A DNA stretch of 64,000 nt from Eledone cirrhosa (Eukaryota): assembly GCA_964016885.1 (NCBI GenBank), contig OZ024744.1:17794001-17858000 (forward strand), in the 5' to 3' direction. Positions 1-12,900 of this stretch are shown piece after piece. Below the pieces are notes generated by a model. That model saw only the letters and a list, made by a program, of their open reading frames with translations. It had not been told where the DNA came from and ran no database searches. The position numbers and the translations under genes are program-made. Position 1 is the first letter of the stretch, and each line of letters begins with the position of its first letter.

Positions 1-3000
1 TGTATGTCTGTGAGACTGTGTATGTCACTGTTTGTTTGTGTATGTCTGGGTCACTGTGTGTGTTTCTGTATGTCTGTGTCACTGTGTATGTCATTGTATC
101 TTTGTGTATGTCTGTATCACTCTGTATGTCACTGTGTGTTTCTGCATGTCTGTGTCACTGTGTATGTCACTGTGTGTTTCTGTATGTATGTGTCACTGTG
201 CATGTCACTGTATATTTGTGTGTGTCTGTGTCACTGTGTATGTCACAGTATATTTATGTATGTCTGTTTCACTCTGTATGTCACTGTGTGTTTCTGTATG
301 TCTGTGTCACTGTATATGTCACTGTATCTTTGTGTATGCCTGTGTCACTGTCTATGTCACTGTATGTTTCTGTATGTCTGTTTCACTGTGCATGTCATTG
401 TATCTTTGTGTATGTCTGTGTCACTGTGTATGTCACTGTATCTTTCTGTATGTCTGTGTCACTCTGTATGTCACTAAGTGTTTCTGCATGTCTGTGTCAC
501 TGTGTATGTCATTGTATGTTTCTGTATGTCTGTTTCACTGTGTATGTCACTGTGTGTTTCTGTATGTCTCTGTCTCTCTGTATGTCACTGTATATTTCTG
601 TATGTCTGTGTGTTTGTGTATGTCACTGTATCTTTGTGTATGTATGTGTCCCTGTGTATGTCACTGCATGTTTCTGTATATCTGTGTCACAGTGTATATC
701 ACTGTATGTTTCTGTATGTCTGTGTCACTGTCTATCTAACTGTGTGTTTCTGAATGTCTGTGTCACTGTGCGTTTCTGTATGTCTGTGTCACGGTGTATG
801 TCACTGTATGTTTGTGTGTGTCTGTGTCACAGTGTATGTCACTGTGTGTTTGTGTATGTCTGTGTCACTGTATGTTTCTGTATGTTTGTGTCACTGTGTA
901 TGTCATTGTGTGTTTCTGTATGTATGTGTCACTGTGTATGTCACTGTATGTGTGTGTATGTCTCTGTCACGGTGTATGTCACTGTATCTTTGTGTATGCC
1001 TGTGTCACTGTGTATGTCTCTGTGTGTTTCTGTATGTCTGTGTCTCTGTGTATGTCACTGTATCTTTGTGTATGTATGTGTCACTGTGTGTTTCTGTATG
1101 TTTGTGTCACTGTGTATGTCACTGTGTGTTTCTGCATGTCAGTGTCACTGTGTATGTCACTGTGTGTTTATGTATGTCTGTGTCACTGTATATGTCACTG
1201 TATGTTTGTGTATGTCTGTGTCACTGTGTATGTCACTGTGTGTTTCTGTATGTCTGTGTCACTGTGTATGTCACTGTGTGTTTCTATATGTCTGTGTCAC
1301 TGTGTATGTCACTGAGTGTTTCTGTATGTCTGTGTCACTATGTATGTCGCTGTATGTTTTTGTTGTCTGTGTCACTGTTTATATCACTGTGCGTTTCTGT
1401 ATGTATGTATCACTGTGTATGTCACTGTGTGTTTCTGTATGTCTGTGTCACTGTCTATGTCACTGTATCTTTCTGTATGTCTGTGTCACTGTGTATGTCA
1501 ATGTGTGTTTCTGTATGTATGTGTCTCTGTGTATGTCACTGTATCTTTGTGTGTGTATGTGTCACTGTGTATGTCACTGTGTGTTTGTGTATGTCTGTGT
1601 CACTGTGTATGTCACTGTGTGTTTCTGTATGTCTGTGTCACTGTGTATGTCACTGTGAGTTTCTGTATGTCTGTGTCACTGTGTATGTCACTGTGTGTTT
1701 CTGTATGTCTGTGTCTCTGTGTATGTCACTGTGTGTTTGGGCATGTCTGTGTCACTGTGTACGTCACTGTGTGTTTCTGTATGTATGTGTCACTGTGTAT
1801 GTCACTGTATCTTTGTGTATGTCTGTGTCACTGTGGATGCCACTGTATCTCTGTGTATGCCTGTTTCACTGTGAATGTCACTGTGTGTTTCTGTATGTCT
1901 GTGTCTCTGTGTATGTCACTGTATGTTTGGGCATGTATGTGTCACTGTGTATGTCACTGTATATTTGTGTATGTCTGTGTCACTGTGTATGTGACTGTGT
2001 GTTTCTGTGTGTCTGTGTCACTGTGTAAGTCATTGTATCTTTGTGTATGTATGTGGCACTCTGTATGTCATTGTGTGTTTCTGTATGTCTGTGTCACTGT
2101 CTATGTCACTGTATCTTTCTGTATGTCTGTGTCACTGTGTATGTCAATGTGTGTTTCTGTATGTCTGTGTCACTGTGTATGTCACTGTATGTTTCTGTAT
2201 GTCTGTGTCTCTGTGTATATCACTGTATGTTTGTGTGTGTCTGTGTCACTGTGTATGTCACGGTGTGTTTCTGTATGTCTGTGTCACTGTGTATGTCACT
2301 GTGTGTCTGTGTCACTGTGTATGTCACTGTGAGTTTCTGTACGTCTGTGTCACTGTGTATGTCACTGGGTGTTTCTGTATGTCTGTGTCACTGTGTATGT
2401 CACTGTATATTTCTGTATGTCTGTGTCACTGTGTATGTAACTGTATGTTTCTGTATGTCTGTGCCACTGTGTATGTCACTGTATATGTGGGTAGGTCTGT
2501 GTCACTGTGTATGTCAGTGTATGTTTGTGTATGTCTGTGTCACTGTGTATGTCACTGTGTGTTTCTGTGTGTCTGTGTCACTGTGCATGTCACTGTGTGT
2601 TTCTGTGTGTCTGCGTCACCGTGTATGTCATTGTGTGTTTGTGTATGTCTGTGTCACTGTGTATGTCACTGTGTGTTTCTGTGTGTCTGTGTCACCGTGT
2701 ATGTCATTGTATCTTTGTGTATGTGTGTGTCACTGTGTATGTCACTGTGTGTTTCTGTATGTATGTGTCACTGTCTATGTTACTGTGTGTTTCTGTATAT
2801 CTGTGTCACTGTATATGTCACTGTATGTTTGTGTGTGTCTGTGTCACTGTGTATGTCACTGTATCTTTGTGTATGTCTGTGTCACTGTGTATGTCACTGT
2901 ATCTTTGTGTATGTCTGTGTCACTGTGTATGTCACTGTATGTTTGTGTATGTCTGTGTCACTGTGTATGTCACTGTATATTTGTGTGTGTCTGTGTCACT

Positions 3001-6000
3001 GTGTATGTCACTGTATGTTTCTGAATGTCTGTGTCAAAGTGTATGTCACTGTATGTTTGTGTATGTCTGTGTCACTGTGTATGTCGTTGTATGTTTGTGT
3101 ATGTCTGTGTCTCTGTGTATGTCACTGTGTGTTCTGTATGTCTGTGTCACTGTGTATGTCAATGTGTGTTTCTGTATGTCAGTGTCACTGTGTATGTCTC
3201 TGTATCTTTGTGTAGGTCTGTGTCACTGTGTATGTCACTGTATCTTTGTGTATGACTGTGTCACTGTGTATGTCACTGTGTGTTTCTGTATGTCTATGTC
3301 ACTGTGTATGTCACTGTATATTTGTGTATGTCTGTGTCAGTGTGTATGTCACTGTATGTTTGTGTATGTATGTGTCACTGTGTATGTAACGGTGTGTTTC
3401 TGTATGTCTGTGTCACTGTGTATGTCACTGTGTGTTTTGTATGTCTGTGCCACTGTTTATGTCACTGTATGTTTGTGTATGTCTGTGTCACTGTGTATGT
3501 CAATGTGTGTTTCTGTAGGTCTGTGTCACTGTGTATGTCACTGTGTGTTTATGTATGTCTGTGTCACTGTTTATGTCACTGTATGTTTGTGTATGTCTGT
3601 GTCACTGTGTATGTCAATGTCTGTTTCTGTATATCTGTGTCACTGTGTATGTCACTGTGTGTTTCTGTATATCTGTGTCACTGTTTATGTCACCCTATGT
3701 TTGTGTATGTCTGTGTCACTGTGTATGTCAATGTGTGTTTCTGTAGTTCTGTCTCACTGTGTATGTCACTGTATTTTTGTGCATGTATGTGTCACTGTGT
3801 ATGTTACTGTGTGTTTCTGTATGTCTGTGCCACTGTGTATGACACTGTGTGTTTGTGTATGTCTGTGTCACTGTGTATGTCACTGTATCTTTGTGTAGGT
3901 CTGTGTCACTGTGTATGTCACTGTATGTTTGTGTATGTCTGCGTCACTGTGTATGTCACTGTATGTTTCTGTATGTCTGTTTCACTGTGTATGTCACGGT
4001 ATCTTTGTGTATGTCTGTGTCACTGTGTACGTCACTTAGTGTTTCTGTTTGTCTGTGTCACTGTCTATGTCACTGTATGTTTCTGAATGTCTGTGTCACT
4101 GTGTATGTCACTGTGTGTTTCTGTATGTCTGTGTCAAGGTGTATGTCACTGTGTGTCAGTGTCACTGTGTATGTCACTGTGTGTTTTTGTATATCTGTGC
4201 CACTGTTTATGTCACTGTATGTTTGTGTATGTCTGTGTCACTGTGTATGTCAATGTGTGTTTCTGTATGTATGTGTCACTGTGTATGTCACTGTATGTTT
4301 GTGTATGTATGTGTGACTGTGTATGTCACTGTATGTTTCTGTATATCTGTGTCACTGTGTATGTCACTGTGTGTTTCTGTATGTCTGTGTCACTGTTTAT
4401 GTCTCTGTATGTTTGTGTATGTCTGTGTCACTGTGTATGTCACTGTATGTTTGTGTATGTCTGTGTCACTGTGTATGTCAATGTCTGTTTCTGTATATCT
4501 GTGTCACTGTGTATGTCACTGTGTGTTTCTGTATGTCTGTGTCACTGTTTATGTCTCTGTATGTTTGTGTATGTCTGTGTCACTGTGTATGTCACTGTGT
4601 GTTTCTGTATGTCTGTGTCACTGTGTATGTCAATGTCTGTTTCTGTATATCTGTGTCACTGTGTATGTCACTGTCTGTTTCTGTATATCTGTGTCACTGT
4701 TTATGTCACCCTATGTTTATGTATGTCTGTGTCACTGTGTATGTCAATGTGTGTTTCTGTAGGCCTGTCTCACTGTGTATGTCACTGTATGTTTGTGTAT
4801 GTCTGTGTCACTGTGTATGTCACTGTGTGTTTCTGTGTATCTGTGTCACTGTGTATGTTACTGTGTGTTTCTGTATGTCTGTGCCACTGTGTATGACACT
4901 GTGTGTTTGTGTATGTCTGTGTCACTGTGTATGTCACTGTATCTTTGTGTAGGTCTGTGTCACTGTGTATGTCACTGTATATTTGTGTATGTCTGTGTCA
5001 CTGTGAATGTCACTGTGTGTTTCTGTATGTCTGTGTCTCTGTGTATGTCACTGTATGTTTAGGCATGTCTGTGTCACTGTGTATGTCACTGTATGTTTGT
5101 GTATGTCTGTGTCACTGTGTATGTCACTGTGTGTTTCTGTATGTATGTGTCACTGTGTATGTCACTGTATATTTGTGTATGTCTGCGTCACTGTGTATGT
5201 CACTGTGTGTTTCTGTATGTCTGTGTCACTCTGTATGTCACTGTATGTTTCTGTATGTCTGTTTCACTGTGTATGTCACTGTATCTTTGTGTATGTCTGT
5301 GTCACTGTGTACGTCACTGTGTGTTTCTGTATGTCTGTGTCACTGTCTATGTCACTGTATGTTTCTGAATGTCTGTGTCACTGTGTATGTCACTGTGTGT
5401 TTCTGTATGCCTGTGTCACTGTGTATGTCACTGTGTGATTATGTATGTCTTTGTCACTGTGTATGTCACTGTGTGTTTCTGTATGTTTGTGTCACTGTGT
5501 ATGTCACTAAATGTGTGTGTGTGTCTGTGTTTCTGTGTATGTCACTGTGTGTTTGCGTGTGTCTGTGTCACTGTGTATGTCACTGTGTGTGTCTGTATGT
5601 CTGTGAGACTGTGTATGTCACTGTTTGTTTGTGTATGTCTGTGTCACTGTGTGTGTTTCTGTATGTCTGTGTCACTGTGTATGTCATTGTCTCTTTGTGT
5701 ATGTCTGTGTCACTCTGTATGTCAATATGTGTTTCTGCATGTCTGTGTCACTGTGTATGTCACTGTGTGTTTCTGTATGTCTGTGTCACTGTGTATGTCA
5801 CTGTATATTTGTGTGTGTCTGTGTCACTGTGTATGTCACAGTATATTTCTGTATGTCTGTTTCAATCTGTATGTCACTGTGTGTTTCTGTATGTCTGTGT
5901 CACTGTATATGTCACTGTATCTTTGTGTATGCCTGTGTCACTGTCTATGTCACTGTATGTTTCTGTATGTCTGTTTCACTGTGCATGTCATTGTATCTTT

Positions 6001-9000
6001 GTGTATGTCTGTGTCACTGGGTATGTCACTGTATCTTTGTGTATGTCTGTGTCACTCTGTATGTCACTAAGTGTTTCTGCATGTCTGTGTCACTGTGTAT
6101 GTCATTGTGTGTTTCTGTATGTCTGTGTCACTGTGTATGTCACTGTATGTTTCTGTATGTCTGTTTCACTGTGTATGTCACTGTGTGTTTCTGTATGTCT
6201 CTGTCACTCTGTATGTCACTGTTTATTTCTGTATGTCTGTGTCACTCTGTATGTCACTGTATCTTTGTGTATGCCTGTGTCACTGTGTATGTCTCTGTGT
6301 GTTTCTGTATGTCTGTGTCTCTGTGTATGTCACTGTATCTTTGTGTATGTATGTGTCACTGTGTATGTCACTGTGTGTTTCTGTATGTTTGTGTCACTGT
6401 GTATGTCACTGTGTGTTTCTGCATGTCAGTGTCACTGTGTATGTCACTGTGTGTTTCTGTATGTCTGTGTCACTGTATATGTCACTGTATGTTTGTGTAT
6501 GTCTGTGTCACTGTGTATGTCACTGTGTGTTTCTGTATGTCTGTGTCAGTGTGTATGTCACTGAGTGTTTCTGTATGTCTGTGTCACTATGTATGTTGCT
6601 GTATGTTTGTGTTGTCTGTGTCACTGTGTATGTCACTGTGCGTTTCTGTATGTATGTATCACTGTGTATGTCACTGTGTGTTTCTGTATGTCTGTGTCAC
6701 TGTCTATGTCACTGTATCTTTCTGTATGTCTGTGTCACTCTGTATGTCAATGTGTGTTTCTGTATGTATGTGTCTCTGTGTATGTCACTGTATCTTTGTG
6801 TGTGTATGTGTCACTGTGTATGTCACTGTGTGTTTCTGTATGTCTGTGTCACTGTTTATGTCACTGTGTGTTTCTGTATGTCTGTGTCACTGTGTATGTC
6901 AATGTGTGTTTCTGTATGTCTGTGTCACTGTGTATGTCACTGTATGTTTGTGTATGTATGTGTGACTGTGTATGTCACTGTATGTTTCTGTATATCTGTG
7001 TCACTGTGTATGTCACTGTGTGTTTCTGTATGTCTGTGTCACTGTTTATGGCACTGTATGTTTGTGTATGTCTGTATCACTGTGTATGTCAATGTGTGTT
7101 TCTGTAGGTCTGTGTCACTGTGTATGTCACTGTATGTTTGTGTATGTCTGTGTCACTGTGTATGTCACTGTGTGTCTGTGTCACTGTGTATGTCACTGTG
7201 TGTTTTTGTATATCTGTGCCACTGCTTATGTCACTGTATGTTTGTGTATGTCTGTGTCACTGTGTATGTCACTGTATCTTTGTGTATGTCTGTGTCACTC
7301 TATATGTCACTGTGTGTTTCTGCATGTCTGTGTCACTGTGTATGTCACTGTGTGTTTCTGTATGTCTGTGTCACTGGGTATGTCACTGTGTGTTTGTGTA
7401 TGTCTGTGTCACTGTGTATGTCACTGTATGTTTGTGTATGTCTGTGTCACTGTGTATGTCACTGTGTGTTTCTGTGTGTCTGTGTCACTGTGCATGTCAC
7501 TGTATGTTTGTGTATGTCTGTGTCACTGTGTATGTCACTGTGTGTTTCTGTGTGTCTGTGTCACTGTATATGTCACTGTGAATTTCTGTATGTCTGTGTC
7601 ACTGTGTATGTCACTGTGAGTTTCTGTATGTATGTGTCACTGTGTATATCACTGTATGTTTGTGTGTCTGTGTCACTGTGTATGTCACTGTGTGTTTCTG
7701 TGTGTCTGTGTTACTGTGTATGTCACTGTGAGTTTCTGTATGACCGTGTCACTGTGTATGTCACTGTGTGTTTCTGTGTGTCTGTGTCACTGTGTATGTC
7801 ACTGTATGTTTGTGTATGTCTGTGTCACTGTGTATATCACTGTGTGTTTGTGTATGTCTGTGTCAATGTGTGTGTTTCTGTATGTCTGTGTCACTGTGTA
7901 TGTCACTGTATGTTTCTGTATATATGTGTCACTGTGTATATCACTGTATCTTTGTGTATGTCTGTGTCACTGTGTATGTCAATGTGTGTTTCTGTATGTC
8001 TGTGTCACTGTGTATGTCACTGAGAGTTTCTGTATGTCTGTGTCACTGTGTATGTCACTGTGTGTTTCTGTATGTCTGTGTCACTGTGTATGTCACAGTG
8101 TGTTTCTGTATGTCTGTGTCTCTGTGTATGTCACTGTATGTTTGGGCATGTCTGTGTCACTGTGTATGTCACTGTATGTTTGCGTATGTCTGTGTCACTG
8201 TGTATGTCACTGTGTGTTTCTGTATGTCTGTGTCACTGTGTATGTCACAGTGTGTTTCTGTATGTCTGTGTCTCTGTGTATGTCACTGTATGTTTGGGCA
8301 TGTCTGTGTCACTGTGTATGTCACTGTATGTTTGCGTATGTCTGTGTCACTGTGTATGTCACTGTGTGTTTCTGTATGTATGTGTCACTGTGTATGTCAC
8401 TGTATATTTGTGTATGTCTGTGTCACTGTGTATATCACTGTGTGCTTCTGTGTGTCTGTGTCAATGTGTAAGTCATTGTATCTTTGTGTATGTATGTGGC
8501 ACTCTGTATGTCATTGTGTGTTTCTGTATGTCTGTGTCACTGTCTATGTCACTGTATCTTTGTGTATGTCTGTGTCACTGTGTATGTCACTGTATGTTTC
8601 TGTATGTCTGTGTCTCTGTGTATATCACTGTATGTTTGTGTGTGTCAGTGTCACTGTGTATGTCACTGTGTGTTTCTGTGTGTCTGTGTCACTGTGTATG
8701 TCACGGTGTGTTTCTGTATGTCTGTGTCACTGTGTATGTCACTGTGTGTCTGTGTCACTGTGTATGTCACTGTGAGTTTCTGTACGTCTGTGTCACTGTG
8801 TATGTCACTGGGTGTTTCTGTATGTCTGTGTCACTGTGTATGTCACTCTATGTTTCTGTATGTCTGTGTCACTGTGTATGTAACTGTATGTTTCTGTATG
8901 TCTGTGTCACTGTGTATGTCACTGTATATGTGGGTAGGTCTGTGTCACTGTGTATGTCAGTGTATGTTTGTGTATGTCTGTGTCACTGTGTATGTCACTG

Positions 9001-12000
9001 TGTGTTTCTGTGTGTCTGTGTCACTGTGCATGTCACTGTGTGTCTGTGTCACCGTGTATGTCATTGTGTGTTTGTGTATGTCTGTGTCACTGTGTATGTC
9101 ACTGTGTGTTTCTGTGTGTCTGTGTCACCGTGTATGTCATTGTATCTTTGTGTATGTGTGTGTCACTGTGTATGTCACTGTGTGTTTCTGTATGTATGTG
9201 TCACTGTCTATGTCACTGTGTGTTTCTGTATATCTGTGTCACTGTATATGTCACTGTATGTTTGTGTGTGTCTGTGTCACTGTGTATGTCACTGTATCTT
9301 TGTGTATGTCTGTGTCACTGTGTATGTCACTGTATCTTTGTGTATGTCTGTGTCACTGTGTATGTCACTGTATGTTTGTGTATGTCTGTGTCACTGTCTA
9401 TGTCACTGTATATTTGTGTGTGTCTGTGTCACTGTGTATGTCACTGTATGTTTCTGAATGTCTGCGTCACTGTGTATGTCACTGTATGTTTGTGTATGTC
9501 TGTGTCACTGTGTATGTCGCTGTATGTTTGTGTATGTCTGTGTGTCTGTGTATGTCACTGTGTGTTTCTGAATGTCTGTGTCACTGTGTATGTCAATGTG
9601 TGTTTCTGTATGTCAGTGTCACTGTGTATGTCACTGTATCTTTGTGTAGGTCTGTGTTACTGTGTATGTCACTGTATCTTTGTGTATGAATGTGTCACTG
9701 TGTATGTCACTGTATGTTTCTGTATGTCTGTGTCACTGTGTATGTAACTGTATGTTTCTGTATGTCTGTGTCACTGTGTATGTCACTGTGTGTTTTTGTA
9801 TGTCTGTGCCACTGTTTATGTCACTGTATGTTTGTGTATGTCTGTGTCACTGTGTATGTCAATGTGTGTTTATGTATGTCTGTGTCACTGTGTATGTCAC
9901 TGTATGTTTGTGTATGTATGTGTGACTGTGTATGTCACTGTATGTTTCTGTATATCTGTGTCACTGTGTATGTCACTGTGTGTTTCTGTATGTCTGTGTC
10001 ACTGTTTATGTCACTGTATGTTTGTGTATGTCTGTGTCACTGTGTATGTCAATGTGTGTTTCTGTATGTCTGTGTCACTGTGTATGTCACTGTATGTTTG
10101 TGTATGTTTGTGTGACTGTGTATGTCAATGTGTGTTTCTGTAGGTCTGTGTCACTGTGTATGTCACTGTATGTTTGTGTATGTCTGTGTCACTGTGTATG
10201 TCACTGTGTGTCTGTGTCACTGTGTATGTCACTGTGTGTTTTTGTATATCTGTGTCACTGTTTATGTCACTGTATGTTTGTGTATGTCTGTGTCACTGTG
10301 TATGTCAATGTGTGTTTCTGTATGTCTGTGTCACTGTGTATGTCACTGTATGTTTGTGTATGTATGTGTGACTGTGTATGTCACTGTATGTTTCTGTATA
10401 TCTGTGTCACTGTGTATGTCACTGTGTGTTTCTGTATGTCTGTGTCACTGTTTATGTCACTGTATGTTTGTGTATGTCTGTGTCACTGTGTATGTCAATG
10501 TCTGTTTCTGTATATCTGTGTCACTGTGCATGTCACTGTCTGTTTCTGTATGTCTGTGTCACTGTTTATGTCACTGTATGTTTGTGTATGTCTGTTTCAC
10601 TGTGTATGTCAATGTCTGTTTCTGTATATCTGTGTCACTGTGTATGTCACTGTCTGTTTCTGTATGTCTGTGTCACTGTTTATGTCACCCTATGTTTATG
10701 TATGTCTGTGTCACTGTGTATGTCAATGTGTGTTTCTGTAGGCCTGTCTCACTGTGTATGTCACTGTATGTTTGTGTATGTCTGTGTCACTGTGTATGTC
10801 ACTGTGTGTTTCTGTGTGTCTGTGTCACTGTGTATGTTAGTGTGTGTTTCTGTATGTCTGTGTCACTGTGTATGTCACTGTATCTTTGTGTATGTCTGCG
10901 TCACTGTGTATGTCACTGTGTGTTTCTGTATGTCTGTGTCAAGGTGTATGTCACTATATGTTTGTGTGTGTCTGTGTCACTGTGTATGTCACTGTGTGTT
11001 TATGTATGTCTGTGTCACTGTATGTTTCAGTATGTATGTGTCACTGTGTATGTCACTGCGTGTTTCTGTATATCTGTGTCACCGTGTATGTCACTGCATT
11101 TTTGTGTATGCCTGTGTCACTGTGTATATCACTGTGTGATTATGTATGTCTTTGTCACTGTGTATGTCACTGTGTGTTTCTGTATGTTTGTGTCACTGTG
11201 TATGTCACTAAATGTGTGTGTGTGTCTGTGTTTCTGTGTATGTCACTGTGTGTTTGCGTGTGTCTGTGTCACTGTGTATGTCACTGTGTGTGTCTGTATG
11301 TCTGTGAGACTGTGTATGTCACTGTTTGTTTGTGTATGTCTGTGTCACTGTGTGTGTTTGAGTATGTCTGTGTCACTGTGTATGTCATTGTATCTTTCTG
11401 TATGTCTGTGTCACTCTGTATGTTACTGTGTGTTTCTGCATGTCTGTGTCACTGTGTATGTCACTGTGTGTTTCTGTATGTCTGTGTCACTGTGTATGTC
11501 ACTGTATATTTGTGTGTGTCTGTGTCACTGTGTATGTCACAGTATATTTCTGTATGTCTGTTTCACTCTGTATGTCACTGTGTGTTTCTGTATGTCTGTG
11601 TCACTGTATATGTCACTGTATCTTTGTGTATGCCTGTGTCACTGTCTATGTCACTGTATGTTTCTGTATGTCTGTTTCACTGTGCATGTCATTGTATCTT
11701 TGTGTATGTCTGTGTCACTGTGTATGTCACTGTATCTTTGTGTATGTCTGTGTCACTCTGTATGACACTAAGTGTTTCTGCATGTCTGTGTCACTGTGTA
11801 TGTCAGTGTGTGTTTCTGTATGTCTGTGTCACTGTGTATGTCACTGTATGTTTCTGTATGTCTGTTTCACTGTGTATGTCACTGTGTGTTTCTGCATGTC
11901 TCTGTCACTCTGTATGTCACTGTATATTTCTGTATGTCTGTGTCACTGTGTATGTCACTGTATCTTTGTGTATGTATGTGTCCCTGTGTATGTCACTGTA

Positions 12001-12900
12001 TGTTTCTGTATGTCTGTGTCACAGTGTATATCACTGTATGTTTCTGTATGTCTGTGTTACTGTCTATCTAACTGTGTGTTTCCGAATGTCTATGTCACTG
12101 TGTATGTCACTGTGCGTTTCTGTATGTCTGTGTCACTGTGTATGTCACTGTGTGTTTGTGTATGTCTGTGTCACTGTATGTTTCTGTATGTTTGTGTCAC
12201 TGTGTATGTCACTGTGTGTTTCTGTATGTATGTGTCACTGTGTATGTCACTGTATGTGTGTGTATGTCTGTGTCACGGTGTATGTCACTGTATCTTTGTG
12301 TATGCCTGTGTCACTGTGTATGTCACTGTGTGTTTCTGTATGTCTGTGTCACTGTGTATGTCACTGTGTGTTTCTATATGTCTGTGTCTCTGTGTATGTC
12401 ACTGTATCTTTGTGTATGTATGTGTCACTGTGTATGTCACTGTGTGTTTCTGTATATTTGTGTCACTGTGTATGTCACTGTGTGTTTCTGCATGTCAGTG
12501 TCACTGTGTATGTCACTGTGTGTTTCTGTATGTCTGTGTCACTGTATATGTCACTGTATGTTTGTGTATGTCTGTGTCACTGTGTATGTCACTGTGTGTT
12601 TCTGTATGTCTGTGTCACTGTGTATGTCACTGTGTGTTTCTATATGTCTGCGTCACTGTGTTTGTCACTGAGTGTTTCTGTATGTCTGTGTCACTATGTA
12701 TGTCGCTGTATGTTTGTGTTGTCTGTGTCACTGTGTATGTCACTGTGCGTTTCTGTATGTATGTATCACTGTGTATGTCACTGTGTGTTTCTGTATGTCT
12801 GTGTCACTGTCTATGTCACTGTATCTTTCTGTATGTCTGTGTCACTGTGTATGTCAATGTGTGTTTCTGTATGTATGTGTCTCTGTGTATGTCACTGTAT
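1..12900 (+). repeat. Older, more diverged ~5.6-6.4 kb duplications (mosaic A-B-A'-X-B'-A'')
   Basis: TGTATGTCTGTGAGACT occurs at 1, 5594 and 11295 (also 22711). TGGGTAGG occurs at 2488 and 8931 (offset 6,443). Related ORF translations start at 2041 and 8484. Confidence 0.8.
8060..8365 (+). repeat. 152-bp (4-monomer) tandem duplication
   Basis: CACAGTG at 8094 and 8246, TTTGGGCATG at 8141 and 8293, and TTTGCGTATG in both copies. Confidence 0.88.

Noticed and set aside
5512-5523. Strong Z-DNA, G-quadruplex or poly(UG)-fold potential
   Set aside because: Uninterrupted purine-pyrimidine alternation is short (about 9-14 bp) and broken by CT/TT/TC steps in each monomer, and there are no G-tracts. 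At most the potential is weak.
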